Source: Microcoleus sp. | Lineage (GTDB): Bacteria > Cyanobacteriota > Cyanobacteriia > Cyanobacteriales > Microcoleaceae | Assembly: GCA_042408215.1 (NCBI GenBank) | Contig: JAYFMW010000030.1 | Coordinates: forward strand, 96,001 to 160,000 | Length of the DNA stretch: 64,000 nucleotides | Reading direction: 5' to 3' | Part shown: piece by piece, positions 41,563-52,227 of the stretch | Layout: each line of letters begins with the position of its first letter | Numbering within the stretch: position 1 is the stretch's first letter | The notes under the pieces: generated by a model | The model's database searches: none | What the model was told of the DNA's origin: nothing | The model's input: the letters and a program-made list of their open reading frames with translations, nothing else | Program-made: the position numbers and the translations under genes

Positions 41563-43041
41563 CTATCTCTTCCAATATCTGCGCCAATGAAACAAATTTT
41601 CCCATAAATTACGCATAAAAGTATTGCTACGGAAACGCTGCAATTGCCAAGCAGCAGCAGTTTGCCCATTAATATCCGAAAAAGTAGGCCAAATATAAGG
41701 AAGTTCGGCGATCGCCTCAACCTTCAGCCCCTGACGCACAGCCAAAGCGATAACATGAATCAACTCAGCAGCATTTGGTCCCACAATACTCGCCCCCAAA
41801 ATCTCCCCGTTGCGCCGCCCAACAATCTTACAAAAACCAGTTATTTCACCGCACATTTGAGCCTTTTCAACATTCTTAAAATATTCCCGACTAACAATGA
41901 TATCATCTCTAAAACGGCGGATTGCTTGCGCTTCAGTCAAGCCCACCCTCGCCAACTGCGGGTCAGAAAAAATAGCCCAAGGAATCCCCCGATAATCTAT
42001 TTGAAACATCGGCAAAAACAAAGCATTTTTTACAGCAACGAAAGCTTCAGAATTGGCGATGTGAGGGAACGGATAACCCCCAGCAACATCACCACAAGCG
42101 TAAATGCGGGGATTAGTTGTTTGTAGTTTTTCATTTAAAATCAATCCCTGGTTATTGAATTTAACACCAGTCGCTTCTAGATTTAATGATTTAAAATTAG
42201 GTCGGCGGCCCGCTGCGAGAAAAATCTCCTCAGTTTCGATCGCCAAATCCCCCGCTTGAATCCACTTCTTCCCCTCAATCACCCTAGCTTGAGTCACCTC
42301 AGTCCCAGTCAAAATTCGCACCCCAGCCGCCTCCATTGCAGCCTGAACCAAGCTAGCAGCCTCTCGCTCCTCTTTCGCCAAAATGTGCGAACCCTTGACC
42401 ACAAGCGTCACAACTACCCCTAATCGAGCAAAAGTTTGAGCCACTTCCACACCGCTAGGATCGCCACCGATGACAGCCAAACTTTTAGGCTGTTTTTGCA
42501 GTTTTGCTAATTGCCCGACAGTTTCCGAAGTAAAATAACCAACAGACGAAAGTCCTTCAATATTGGGAATTGCCGGGAGAGTTGGACAAGCCAGTAAATA
42601 ACAGAGCGATCGCAATTTCCGCCCGCCCACAGCAAAAGCCAAATTTGGTTTTACCACAAACTCGCCGTTACCAAAAATAACATCGACCCCGCGAGCAGCT
42701 AAAACATCGAGAGAATTGATTTCTGACAAATTAGAAACAACACCTTGGGCCCACTTCATCACCCAGTCAAACCGCAATTCCACAGGCATTTGCGAATTAG
42801 CTGTTTCCCAGCCTATACCGAACTGTTGGCGACTGATATGTTGAGCAAATCGGCCACTCTGGCTCAAAGTTTGGTTGTATCTTAAACCCAAGTCGATCGA
42901 CTCTTGGCCTGCTGTTGGCAAATCTTGCGAATTACTGAACGGTTCCACCAAAGCAACGCGAGCTTGGAAATCAGTTGCAGTCAAAGCAGCATAGCGTGCG
43001 GCAGAAGTCCCACCAATTATTACTAAATCGTAGTCAATCAT
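41563..43041 (-). CDS. Pyridine nucleotide-disulfide oxidoreductase family (LpdA/MerA-like)
   Basis: YDLVIIGG, LAVIGG..GVE, TTNPRIYACGDV, dimerisation domain. Confidence 0.85.
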   Translation of the reverse strand: MIDYDLVIIGGTSAARYAALTATDFQARVALVEPFSNSQDLPTAGQESIDLGLRYNQTLSQSGRFAQHISRQQFGIGWETANSQMPVELRFDWVMKWAQGVVSNLSEINSLDVLAARGVDVIFGNGEFVVKPNLAFAVGGRKLRSLCYLLACPTLPAIPNIEGLSSVGYFTSETVGQLAKLQKQPKSLAVIGGDPSGVEVAQTFARLGVVVTLVVKGSHILAKEEREAASLVQAAMEAAGVRILTGTEVTQARVIEGKKWIQAGDLAIETEEIFLAAGRRPNFKSLNLEATGVKFNNQGLILNEKLQTTNPRIYACGDVAGGYPFPHIANSEAFVAVKNALFLPMFQIDYRGIPWAIFSDPQLARVGLTEAQAIRRFRDDIIVSREYFKNVEKAQMCGEITGFCKIVGRRNGEILGASIVGPNAAELIHVIALAVRQGLKVEAIAELPYIWPTFSDINGQTAAAWQLQRFRSNTFMRNLWENLFHWRRYWKR

Positions 43042-43370
43042 AAATTGTTATTAGTTATTAGTTATTAGTCATTAGTCATTAGTTATTAGTTATTAGTTAT
43101 TAGTCATTGGTCATTAGTCATTAGCTGTGTTATTTTTAATTAGTTTTTACGCCACATCATATCAAATCAAATCAAATTCGCTAGCATCGTCCTGGCAAAG
43201 TCGAGTCAAGTGGCCACCAAAGCATAAGCGCAATTTTCAGTTTTTCGACTCACTGTCAACCGTCAACCGTCAACTGTAAACAATCATGTCTGAGTGCAAC
43301 CGGAATCGAGATCACCAATAACTAATAACTAATAACTAATAACTAATGACTAATGACTAATGACTAATGA

Positions 43371-44636
43371 CTAATGACTAAGGACTTCTGCAAGTCCAGC
43401 AATCAGCCGCAGATTGTCAGCCCGATCGCGCACAGCCACCCGAAAAAACCGATCGCCCAACTCAGGAAAACTCAGACAATCCCGAATCAAAATCCGGTGA
43501 CGTTCCAGCAGACTTTGTTGAATCAGAGAAACCGACAGCGACGACTCAACCAACAAAAAATTAGCCGCACCGGGAAACGGCTGCAAACCCGGTAAATTAG
43601 CCAAACCCTCAAACAGCTCTCTTCGTGCCCTAGGTAGCCAATCCCAAGTTTGCCGCTCAAACACAGCATCTCGCACCACAGCAGCAGCCGCCGCCGCCGC
43701 CAAAGCATTCACAGGCCAAGGATCGCGCTGCAACTGCCAGCGGCGAAGTCGATCGGGATGGGCGATCGCACAGCCCAACCGCAGTCCCGGCAGAGAATAG
43801 AATTTAGTGAGCGATCGTAAAATCACCAAATTCGGAAACTCCGCCACAGCACCGATCAAACTCTCCTGTTGTTCCGGCGGTAGAAAGTCCATAAAAGCCT
43901 CATCTACCACCACCAGGGCCAATTGCTCCACATAAGGCCTAATCGCCTCCTGACTGAACAGCAAACCCGTAGGATTGTGCGGATTATTCAGCAGCAAACC
44001 TCGAAATGATGTTGCACCATTCTCAATTACTTGTTTAGGAACAGGCAAGATGCCTGTTCCACAAGAAAATTCATCTCTTGTGGAATGGGCATCTTGCCCG
44101 TTCGATTTGAGATCCAACCCAGATGTTGCACCATTCTCAATTACTTGTTTGGGAACAGGCAAGATGCCTGTTCCACAAGAAAATTCATCTCTTGTGGAAT
44201 GGGCATCTTGCCCGTTCTTGACAATGGTGCAAGATGTGAGATCTAAAGGACAATCCAGCACCTTCGCGCCGAAAGCCAAAAGAGCCCGCCAGTAATCACC
44301 AAAAGCCGGAGTCACCAAATAAGTCGCCTCCAGCTTCGACAAATCAAGAGCCGCCCAAGTCAACAATTCCGCCGAACCATTCCCCGGCAAAATCCAATCC
44401 GGGTCAACATTCAAAGCCTCACCCAAAGCAGCCCTTAGCTCTCCATAATCCGGGTCTGGGTAAGCCGTCAGACAGCTCAGGTGAGCTTGAATCGCATCGA
44501 GAGCCGACTTAGGAGGGCCCAAAGGACTGATACTCGCAGAAAAATCGAGAATAGCAGAAGCAGGGCAGCCAGCCAGTGTGGCAGCCCAAGCTAAATTTCC
44601 CCCGTGCACAGGTCTAATCAAGGCTCTGTTCGCCAA
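43371..44636 (-). CDS. cobD: L-threonine-O-3-phosphate decarboxylase with in-frame repeat insertion
   Basis: HGGN, LDFSASISPLG, GNGSAE, NNPHNPTG, DEAFMDF, LRSLTKFYSLPGLRLG. Confidence 0.9.
   Translation of the reverse strand: MANRALIRPVHGGNLAWAATLAGCPASAILDFSASISPLGPPKSALDAIQAHLSCLTAYPDPDYGELRAALGEALNVDPDWILPGNGSAELLTWAALDLSKLEATYLVTPAFGDYWRALLAFGAKVLDCPLDLTSCTIVKNGQDAHSTRDEFSCGTGILPVPKQVIENGATSGLDLKSNGQDAHSTRDEFSCGTGILPVPKQVIENGATSFRGLLLNNPHNPTGLLFSQEAIRPYVEQLALVVVDEAFMDFLPPEQQESLIGAVAEFPNLVILRSLTKFYSLPGLRLGCAIAHPDRLRRWQLQRDPWPVNALAAAAAAAVVRDAVFERQTWDWLPRARRELFEGLANLPGLQPFPGAANFLLVESSLSVSLIQQSLLERHRILIRDCLSFPELGDRFFRVAVRDRADNLRLIAGLAEVLSH
44008..44245. repeat. Two tandem copies (114-bp period) of a palindromic dispersed repeat inside cobD
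   Basis: GATGTTGCACCATT..GGCAAGATGCCTGTTCCACAAGA..TCTTGTGGAATGGGCATCTTGCC, closed by AATGGTGCAAGAT. Confidence 0.9.
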
Positions 44637-44927
44637 TTATTTAGGTTCTTTCGGCGGTGCAACTCTGTCCTTGAACAACTTCCCTGCGGAAAACGCAGGA
44701 ACTCTGGTAGCCGGGATTTCCATCTTGTCACCAGTTTTGGGATTGCGCCCCTCACGGGCTTTACGTTCCCGCGACTCAAACGAGCCAAAACCAACCAGCG
44801 TCACTTTATCGCCATCGGAGACAGCTTCCATGATTGCTTCGAGGGCAGCACTCAAAACAGCATCGGCCTGTTTTTTCGTCACGCTAGCCTTTTCCGCGAC
44901 TGCATCAACCAATTCACCTTTATTCAT
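44637..44927 (-). CDS. hup: Histone-like DNA-binding protein HU
   Basis: MNKGELVD..VTLVGFGSF..GRNPKTG..PAFSAGK. Confidence 0.95.
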   Translation of the reverse strand: MNKGELVDAVAEKASVTKKQADAVLSAALEAIMEAVSDGDKVTLVGFGSFESRERKAREGRNPKTGDKMEIPATRVPAFSAGKLFKDRVAPPKEPK

Positions 44928-45387
44928 TACGAACTCCTTCTGGATTTGCAAAATACGTTCAACAGAGTTCAACTATTAGCTGTGAGCGATCAACTGGATT
45001 GGGGTCTGGCTTGAGAGGTTTGGGTGGTTCCCGATCGCTCCCGTCCGCTTCCCCGAATAATAACTCCTGCTGAATACCAATTACCCTAGGGTAATTGGTC
45101 AGAAAAGGAATTTTTATTTCTAATTGCTGAAAACCCCACAGCATCTAATTTTCACTGCATTATTCTAAAGTCTTGCCGACCCTTATGGATCGGTGGAACC
45201 TTTAATTTATATGGAACTTGCCAACTTTTTTGAATTAATCCCGAAATTTAGGTACAAAAACACCACCTCAGAGAGAAGATTTCTCACCTCGGTGGATTTG
45301 AAATCAGAAAACAGGAAAAACAGAAAGAACAAAGTGTCATTTGTCAAGGGCTAAAGGAAAAAAGTTTTCCCTCTTCCTTCTTTGTAC

Positions 45388-45545
45388 CCTGAGCGTAGTC
45401 GAAGGGCCTTCGATGGTGCGTGCGTAGTCGAACACTTCGACTAAGCGAGCGTGCGCCGCCACACTCAGGAACCGCTACTCGTGCTGCCCTTCGACTACGC
45501 GAGCGGGGCCACCACGTACCCGCTCGCGTAGTCGAAGGGCTCAGG
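45388..45545. repeat. REP-like CCCTTCGACTACGC / GCGTAGTCGAAGGG repeats
   Basis: Several copies here and one at 53561-53581. Confidence 0.6.
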
Positions 45546-45555
45546 ATACCGCAAC

Positions 45556-45743
45556 TGACTAATGACTAATGACTACTGACTAATGACTACTGACTAATGA
45601 CTAATGACTAATGACTACTGACTAATGACTACTGACTATTGACTACTGACTAATGACTACTGACTAATGACTACTGACTAATGACTACTGACTAATGACT
45701 ACTGACTAATGACTACGGACTAATGACTACTGACTACTGACTA
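45556..45743. repeat. Heptamer tandem repeat (GACTAAT/GACTACT)n, STRR-type
   Basis: Long run; related runs at 41370-41560, 43045-43125, 43315-43380, 48237-48375, 53517-53556. Confidence 0.9.
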
Positions 45744-48179
45744 CTGCCTCGGTTGGACGGGCTGACTCCGCTGCAACAGTTGGCGCGCGTCGGGACTGAT
45801 ACTGTTTTGATAGCCAAAGTTCGATCGATCGCTATCATCCAAAATCTGCGGTGTCAGCAGTACAATCACTTCCGCCCGCTGGTTGATTTTATCAGTGCTC
45901 CTGAACAGCGAACCGATAATCGGCAAATCTCCTAAAATCGGAATCTTGCTCGCTGTAACCCGTTCTTGGTCGCGGATGATCCCCGATACAATCAAAGTCT
46001 GACCGTCCCGCAGGCGAATTAGCCCCGACTGCAAAGAGCGCTCTTGCAGCAGGGTGATACTGTTACTGTCTCCGCCAGTGGTGAGGTTTTGAGGCGGGCC
46101 GACAGCACTGACGATCGGGTTTACTCGCAGAGAGACAAAACCGTTATCATCAATTCGATCGATCACCACTCCCAACTGCAAACCGGCCTTGCCTTTTTCG
46201 GCCGTCACTGTTCTGGTAGTTTGACCTGCGGTTGACTGCGTTTCCGACTTGATGTTAGTAACCACCTCTTCAGTGATATTCACATTCGCCGTTTCCCCTT
46301 CTTGGACAACCAGAGTCGGGTCAGTCAGGATTTTGGCGTTGTTGGTGGTAATACTCGCCTGCAAGTTAGACAAAAACCGCTTCGGATATTGAAACAGCGG
46401 GAACTGACTGAAAACCGCACTTCCCACAGCCGTCAGCGCTCCAGTTGTGATGTCTCTGGTAAAGGGCGTGTAATCGCTAACCCCAACTCGCGCGGGATCG
46501 TTAGTTATGGGAGCTGTCGGTTGGACAAACAAGCCGCCGCCTGGAGATGTTAGTGGCACGTTAATTAGCTGGCCGCTCGGATCGTAGAAAGGCGTCCTGT
46601 ATTGTGTGGGAATGTCTCGGTTTTCAATAATCGGCCGATTAACTATGCCACTAGTTACAGCCGTGGCATTGGGCGGATTGATGCCGCCAAAATTGACGAT
46701 CGCAGCCCCGCCGTCATTGACAAAGAAACTATCATTAATCCCGAAGGAGAAGCTAGTATTTGTTTTATTGTCTCCCGACAAGTTGATATCGATCACCTTG
46801 ACATTGACAGCCACTTGACGGCGGCGCAGATCTAGTTGCGTCAAGAAAGCTACGGCGATATCAATTTTACGCGGGTCGCCCACCAAAGTGATCGAATTGA
46901 GGCGAGAATCCGCCAGCACCGACAGTCCCCTCAACAATAGTGGCCCATTGCCATCCTTAGCGCCGATCGCCTTAATATCCGGTTCCCGAATTTCCACATC
47001 CCGCGCCGTAGTTCCCTGGCCCACGGTTTGAATACTAACCCGAGTAATCGGCAGTTGAGTTTCCGCACCTTGAGCGCTCAAAAAGTTAGCCGCATCCGTA
47101 GACTTAACTTGATTGAGCCGCAGAGTCCGAACAATAATATTCCGGGAATCAAGTGGCAGATTAGCCCCTACAAAAATCGTCCGCCCCACCCGATTAGCTT
47201 GCAGCCCACTGAGGCGGAGCACGTAATTAAAAACATCTTGCACCGACTCATTTTCGATATCCAAAGAAATCTTCGGCCCTTCATCCGAGCCTCCTGCACC
47301 CGCTGCCGGTGCCGCCGCCTGCTGGCCGGGCTGAGCAGGCGCCCCGCCACTTGTAAAAGCAATGTTCAAGCCCGCAGCACGAGCCAGCAGAGCCAAGACG
47401 TCCCTAACTGGGGCATCCCTTAGTACCAACCGGGGAATACGTTCTCCCGAACTCAGCTCAATATTTCCCGCCGCCGGAGCGATGTTAGAAACGGCGATAT
47501 CTCCTAGGGGCGGAGCAACTGCTCGCGGTTGGAAAGGCGGGGCCTGATTTGTCTGAGATTGAATCTCGCTGGGTAAGGGCGGGCGATCGTTCCTAGTAAT
47601 CGTAACTTCGGGATTTGGCAGTACCGTATTGGGGTTTTGAGACGTGCGGACTTGGGGGGCGGGCTGGGGAGCTGTTTGGCTCAGTGGCAGGCCTGGTGGT
47701 GGCGGTGGGGCCGTTTGGTTCAGTCTTGGTGAGCCCGGCAGTGCAGCTTGAGTAGACTGCGGTGTGCCGCCCTGTCTTGACACGCTGAGGACGATGCCAC
47801 TGCCTTCTCCCTGAACGATTTGTCCGCTGGGAACGCCGTTAGTGCCTGTCACCATCACCCGGATGCTGTTAGCGTCTACCGGGGTGACTTCTACTGAAGA
47901 AATGCCCGGAGCGGGGTTTTCTTGGCGAAAGGCATTGCCTTGGGGCAAGCGGAGCTGGGTATTGATGATTGTGGCTTGGTAAGTATTGCCGTTATTAATT
48001 GCGAAAACTTGCGGGCGATCGCCCTTTTCGGTCGCCAGCACAATATTTACGCCATTATTGGCTTGACTTATTTGCACTCCTGTGACTTGAGTCGGCGCGG
48101 CCCAAACCGGGGCTTGCGCTACCAGAACTCCGGCAACGCTGCCCAAGAGTCCTCCACTTAATCGTAGATGCTTTTTCAC
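45741..48179 (-). CDS. pilQ: Type IV pilus secretin with AMIN domain
   Basis: Secretin C-terminus LRDGQTLIVSGII..KIPILGDLPIIGSLF..LTPQI; last gene of pilMNO operon. Confidence 0.9.
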   Translation of the reverse strand: MKKHLRLSGGLLGSVAGVLVAQAPVWAAPTQVTGVQISQANNGVNIVLATEKGDRPQVFAINNGNTYQATIINTQLRLPQGNAFRQENPAPGISSVEVTPVDANSIRVMVTGTNGVPSGQIVQGEGSGIVLSVSRQGGTPQSTQAALPGSPRLNQTAPPPPPGLPLSQTAPQPAPQVRTSQNPNTVLPNPEVTITRNDRPPLPSEIQSQTNQAPPFQPRAVAPPLGDIAVSNIAPAAGNIELSSGERIPRLVLRDAPVRDVLALLARAAGLNIAFTSGGAPAQPGQQAAAPAAGAGGSDEGPKISLDIENESVQDVFNYVLRLSGLQANRVGRTIFVGANLPLDSRNIIVRTLRLNQVKSTDAANFLSAQGAETQLPITRVSIQTVGQGTTARDVEIREPDIKAIGAKDGNGPLLLRGLSVLADSRLNSITLVGDPRKIDIAVAFLTQLDLRRRQVAVNVKVIDINLSGDNKTNTSFSFGINDSFFVNDGGAAIVNFGGINPPNATAVTSGIVNRPIIENRDIPTQYRTPFYDPSGQLINVPLTSPGGGLFVQPTAPITNDPARVGVSDYTPFTRDITTGALTAVGSAVFSQFPLFQYPKRFLSNLQASITTNNAKILTDPTLVVQEGETANVNITEEVVTNIKSETQSTAGQTTRTVTAEKGKAGLQLGVVIDRIDDNGFVSLRVNPIVSAVGPPQNLTTGGDSNSITLLQERSLQSGLIRLRDGQTLIVSGIIRDQERVTASKIPILGDLPIIGSLFRSTDKINQRAEVIVLLTPQILDDSDRSNFGYQNSISPDARQLLQRSQPVQPRQ

Positions 48180-48392
48180 GTTCGCTCCTCAACTAGAATT
48201 GATTATTTGTTCGCGGTATGCAGTCAGAAACTGCCTTTGTTATTTGTTATTTGTTATTTGTTGTTTGTTATTTGTTGTTGGTTATTTTTTCTGGGTTATG
48301 TGTTATTTGTTAGCTGCTCCCAATAACTAATAACTAATAACCCATAACCAATCACCAATCACCAATCACCAATAACTATTTATTTTGCACTT

Positions 48393-49238
48393 TTAAGGTT
48401 TAGGAGTTGCCGCTCCGGCAGGACTCGCGGCAGGAGTCGGCGGTTTTTCCTCTTGTTTTAACGGCAGTAATGCGTGCAAGTCAAAAGTAGTTTTGATTTG
48501 AGCTTGCGGCTGCACCACGGGGACTATTTTACCCTTCAGAAAATCCACTTCTACTGTCGGATTTGATACCAGCAATTCAGATTTCAAATTTCTCACCACC
48601 AACAGCGACTGCATCAATTCCAAGTTACGCATAAAGTTGCGGGTTTGAGCAAAATTGCCTTCAAACTCTACCTTATATTTTTTGCGTCTGAGCTTGCCAG
48701 CCAGAGATGGCCCGAAAGACGTATCTTTCAGAATATCAGGGTCTACGGCTCCCGCCACGGCGGCAGGTGCGACGGCGGGCAAGATATCTGGCTCAAATTT
48801 TGTGAGTTTAGCTTTGTCCTCGTCCCCTTGCACGCCCACGCGGTCAGTGAGCGTAGTCGAACTGTTGATTTTGTTAACCAGTTGAGTCATGTCCAGCAAC
48901 AGCGTGTTGGCGCTCGCGTCGCTGGCAAACATTGCCGTCACTTCGACTAGGCGTTGTTTTGCTTCTTCTTGCTTTGTTTCTGCTTCTGCCCTTTTTTGAA
49001 TTTGAGCTTGCAGTTGCAGTTGCGTTTGTTTGCCCTCGCTAATTTTTTGCTTGATTTCGCCACTTTTCTGGATTTCTGGCAGCACAAACTGGTAGGCGAT
49101 GCCGCCGGCAACTACGATCCCAAGAACGGCGATGGCTATTGCTTGGACTTGGGGTGTCAGCTTAATCCCGAATAGTTCCTTAGCTGACGACTCTTCTGCT
49201 TGTTCTCCGCCAGGAATAAACTCATTTGCTGCTGTCAT
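48393..49238 (-). CDS. pilO: Type IV pilus assembly protein PilO
   Basis: TM + coiled coil + EFEGNF..F; position between pilN and pilQ. Confidence 0.8.
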   Translation of the reverse strand: MTAANEFIPGGEQAEESSAKELFGIKLTPQVQAIAIAVLGIVVAGGIAYQFVLPEIQKSGEIKQKISEGKQTQLQLQAQIQKRAEAETKQEEAKQRLVEVTAMFASDASANTLLLDMTQLVNKINSSTTLTDRVGVQGDEDKAKLTKFEPDILPAVAPAAVAGAVDPDILKDTSFGPSLAGKLRRKKYKVEFEGNFAQTRNFMRNLELMQSLLVVRNLKSELLVSNPTVEVDFLKGKIVPVVQPQAQIKTTFDLHALLPLKQEEKPPTPAASPAGAATPKP

Positions 49239-50158
49239 GGTTTTTTCACCTCTCCTTTTTGTTCGCCTTTTGGTGGTAGCACTCCTTTTTCTTGAAGTGT
49301 TTCTATCCGTATGGCCAGCCCATCTGCTTGCTGACTCCGCAGTTCTGGGAGCAACTCGGAGGCAACAGTTGGACTGAGGCTGGTTTCAATTTTATATTCC
49401 ACCACCGGCCGCAGTTTGGGAAGTTCTACAGTCCCTGCTGCACTTTGGTTGCGTACTTGTACTTGTGTGGGGTTGTTTTTTAAGGTCGCTGCTACCAGTC
49501 TGGTGTCAGTATTCAGGAAGAAAGGAGAGCGCTGGATTAGCAGCATAAAGTCGTTAACTTGATCGAAGGTACTGGCTATCCCAGAAATTACTACCTTTGC
49601 TCCCTGGGGTGGGGCAACGGGGGTGGGAGCAGCCACCGGGGTAGGGCTGGCTGCTGGGGACGGACTCGCCCCTGGGGACGGGCTCGCTGCGGGGGTGGCT
49701 GCGGGCGGAGGGGGTGGTGCTGCTGCTACTGGGGAGGGACTGGGGTCGATTTGTTCGATTTTGGCAATTTGTACTCCGGTGGGAGTGCGGGTACTTAGGT
49801 CTTGCAGCATTGCCGACCAAGGTTTAATTTGGTCGAATACTCCTGCTAATGCTGTGTACTCGGCGGTAACTTTTGCGGTTTCGGCGTTGATGGCGTTGAT
49901 GGTACTTGCTTGAGTGTTTAATTTGGCAACTTCTTGGTCTAGGGCTGCTTGTTCTCCTGCTAAGTTGGTATTGCCATTAGTCACCCACCACCATCCGCCT
50001 ATGACTGCGGCGTTGATGCCGAGGGCAAATATGGCTGCCCCAATTAGCGGCAGTTGGTCTTTGGCTGAGCCGGAACTCGCTTTCGATGGGCTTTTTTCGG
50101 CTGCTACGGGTTTGTAGTCCGGGCGGTCATTGAGGAAATTAATATCTAGACTGTACAT
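49235..50158 (-). CDS. pilN: Type IV pilus assembly protein PilN
   Basis: MYSLDINFL motif, TM, WS..L.DL..RTP.GVQI. Confidence 0.88.
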   Translation of the reverse strand: MYSLDINFLNDRPDYKPVAAEKSPSKASSGSAKDQLPLIGAAIFALGINAAVIGGWWWVTNGNTNLAGEQAALDQEVAKLNTQASTINAINAETAKVTAEYTALAGVFDQIKPWSAMLQDLSTRTPTGVQIAKIEQIDPSPSPVAAAPPPPPAATPAASPSPGASPSPAASPTPVAAPTPVAPPQGAKVVISGIASTFDQVNDFMLLIQRSPFFLNTDTRLVAATLKNNPTQVQVRNQSAAGTVELPKLRPVVEYKIETSLSPTVASELLPELRSQQADGLAIRIETLQEKGVLPPKGEQKGEVKKP

Positions 50159-50213
50159 TGGACCCTCGATTTGAGATTTTAAATCGGTTTTTCTATCATT
50201 GAAAATTGTTAGG

Positions 50214-51308
50214 TCAAAGAACCTCCCTCAGTCCTAAACCTAAGGCTACTCCTAAACCTGCTCGCTGTTCAGGGGTAATTTCTTCGCTGATTTCGAGTCC
50301 TAGGGTTTCGATGGGATCGACTTGAGAGGCGGGCAAACTTAATCTTTGCATGAAAAATTCATCGAGTTTGCCGATCGCAGCTCCTGGTCCTGCTAACAGT
50401 AATTGCGCTACTTCTAGTTCTTCGCTCTGGTTGAGATAAAAGTCTATGGAGCGACGCAGTTCGTCTGCTAGTTCTCCCAATACTTTAATCATCGCATTTG
50501 TGCCTGGGTTGGCATCTCCCGATATCCCCATTGTATCTGTGACTGGCAGGGTCATGCCTTGCAGTTCGCTGGTGTCTCTCGTTGGCGGCAGGTTCATGGC
50601 TTCGTTGAGGGCGGTCTGGATTTGGTAAGTGCCGATCGGGATGGTACGGTTGAAATGGGGTATGCCGTCCACTACTATAGCTAACTCGGTACTGTCAAAT
50701 TCTATGGCGGCGAGGACTGCCGCTTCTTGGGACGAAAATTGTTGCAGTTGGTCTTTGAGGGTGCGGATTAGGGCAAAACTGGTTACTTCTAGTACATCTA
50801 TGATCAGTCCGGCTTCTTTGAAGGTTTCGAGGTACGTGTCGGTAACTTCTCTGCGAGTTGCTACTAGCACAACTTGGACTTTTTCAACGCCATCTTCATC
50901 GACAAATAAGCCGATTTTTTGATAGTCTACGTCGGCATCTTCTCTGGGGAAGGGTAAGTAAAGTCCTGCTTCTGTGTTCATGTATTCCCGCAGTTCTTGA
51001 TCGTTGAGTTCTGAGGGGACTGGGATGAGGCGGATGACAGCTTCTCTACCGGGAATGGCTGTGGCTACGTGCTTGGCTTTGATTTTGTGGTCGGCGAAGA
51101 CTGAACGTATTAGTTCTGCCATTCCTGGCGGATCGACTATTTGCCCCTCTTGTACTATGTCTTCTGGAACTTCTATTGAGGCTAGGGTGGCTAGTTTTAA
51201 TGCCTGACCTTTCTTTTCGATCCCAATGATGTTGATGCGGTCTGGGGCTAATTCGATACCGATTCCTGGCTTGCGTTTAGAAAGTAGACTTTTGAAAAAG
51301 TTAACCAT
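50214..51308 (-). CDS. pilM: Type IV pilus assembly protein PilM
   Basis: GIEL, ELRRSIDFY, LLAGPGA, GVALGLGLR actin-like fold. Confidence 0.92.
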   Translation of the reverse strand: MVNFFKSLLSKRKPGIGIELAPDRINIIGIEKKGQALKLATLASIEVPEDIVQEGQIVDPPGMAELIRSVFADHKIKAKHVATAIPGREAVIRLIPVPSELNDQELREYMNTEAGLYLPFPREDADVDYQKIGLFVDEDGVEKVQVVLVATRREVTDTYLETFKEAGLIIDVLEVTSFALIRTLKDQLQQFSSQEAAVLAAIEFDSTELAIVVDGIPHFNRTIPIGTYQIQTALNEAMNLPPTRDTSELQGMTLPVTDTMGISGDANPGTNAMIKVLGELADELRRSIDFYLNQSEELEVAQLLLAGPGAAIGKLDEFFMQRLSLPASQVDPIETLGLEISEEITPEQRAGLGVALGLGLREVL

Positions 51309-51504
51309 GTGATTGGGTGGTTGGTAAACAAGGGGAAGGGGAAGGAGGGGGAATGGGGGTTGCGGGAAGATTCAGCAGTTAGGTGTGGGAAGGTTTGTTA
51401 CCCAAATAAGTCGTGCTGAAAACTGGGTATCCCGAAGTGGCTGCGCTCTTGATGAGGCGGTTGGTGTTTGGCCATCGCTGTTTGTGATTTTATCAGAAAA
51501 TTGG

Positions 51505-51922
51505 GTTGAAAACCCCGTCCTTATAGGACGGCTTTTTGATAGAATAGACATGGTTGTAATTCCCAAGGTGGGCGGTTGTGAAGCGGCTTTTAGTCGGCAC
51601 CCTTGAACCTGAAAGCTTTTTGAAAGCACAAAGAAGGGTAGCGAAAACCTTGTAAAACAGAGCTGGGGAATCAACGCATTCTCACGCACCAGAAAATCAA
51701 TAATTTGTTTCACAATTCCCCTAGGGTGGGGCACACCCGAACTCGCTTGTTCGTATCAAGCGTACGCTTTTGGAGATAGACCCTCTGGGGTGGTTGTGAG
51801 TTAAGCTCGTCAATTGGTGCAATTGCACGGTTGAAAAGTTTAAGGATTGCCGCAAGGACACAGCGCTTAAAGGTCAGTCGATGAATTAAGAATCCCCGTG
51901 CGTTAACGCCGGGGAGTGTCAA
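51505..51922 (+). mobile_element. Non-autonomous IS200/IS605 derivative retaining omegaRNA-like right end; left end approximate
   Basis: Left hairpin AAACCCCGTCCTTATAGGACGG; GGGCACACCCGAACT..ACGCTTTTGGAGA tnpB-3' signature; right end AAGAATCCCCG..CGGGGAGTGTCAA like 35607. Confidence 0.7.
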
Positions 51923-52227
51923 GCTATCCAATTTACCTGAGCATAGCAATTCTCCTGCGAAAGTCAACCAATTCATACCAATTTTTTATGAAGCTGCATA
52001 GAATTTGATCCCCCCTAACCCCCCTTAATAAGGGAGTAGGGTGTGAGTAGGGGGTGGGACAAGATTCCGATCTTTCGTCCCGCTTATTAAGGGGGATGCG
52101 AGGGGGATCGAGATATCTGCAACGACCCATTAAATTGGTATCACACTTAATCGATCGAATCACAAATCTGACGATCGCGCCTTTGAACTGCTTTCGTATT
52201 GTTCGCATCACGGTAAAATTTAATTTT

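Noticed and set aside
41211..41720. ORFs with TVNSQQS / GIGHWAL / PMPNAQC repeats
   Set aside because: Translations of heptamer tandem repeats and the intron end, not genes.
51372..52211. Short ORFs between pilM and the ABC gene, and the 52054 start
   Set aside because: They overlap repeat and IS remnants; the signal peptide indicates a start at 52228.
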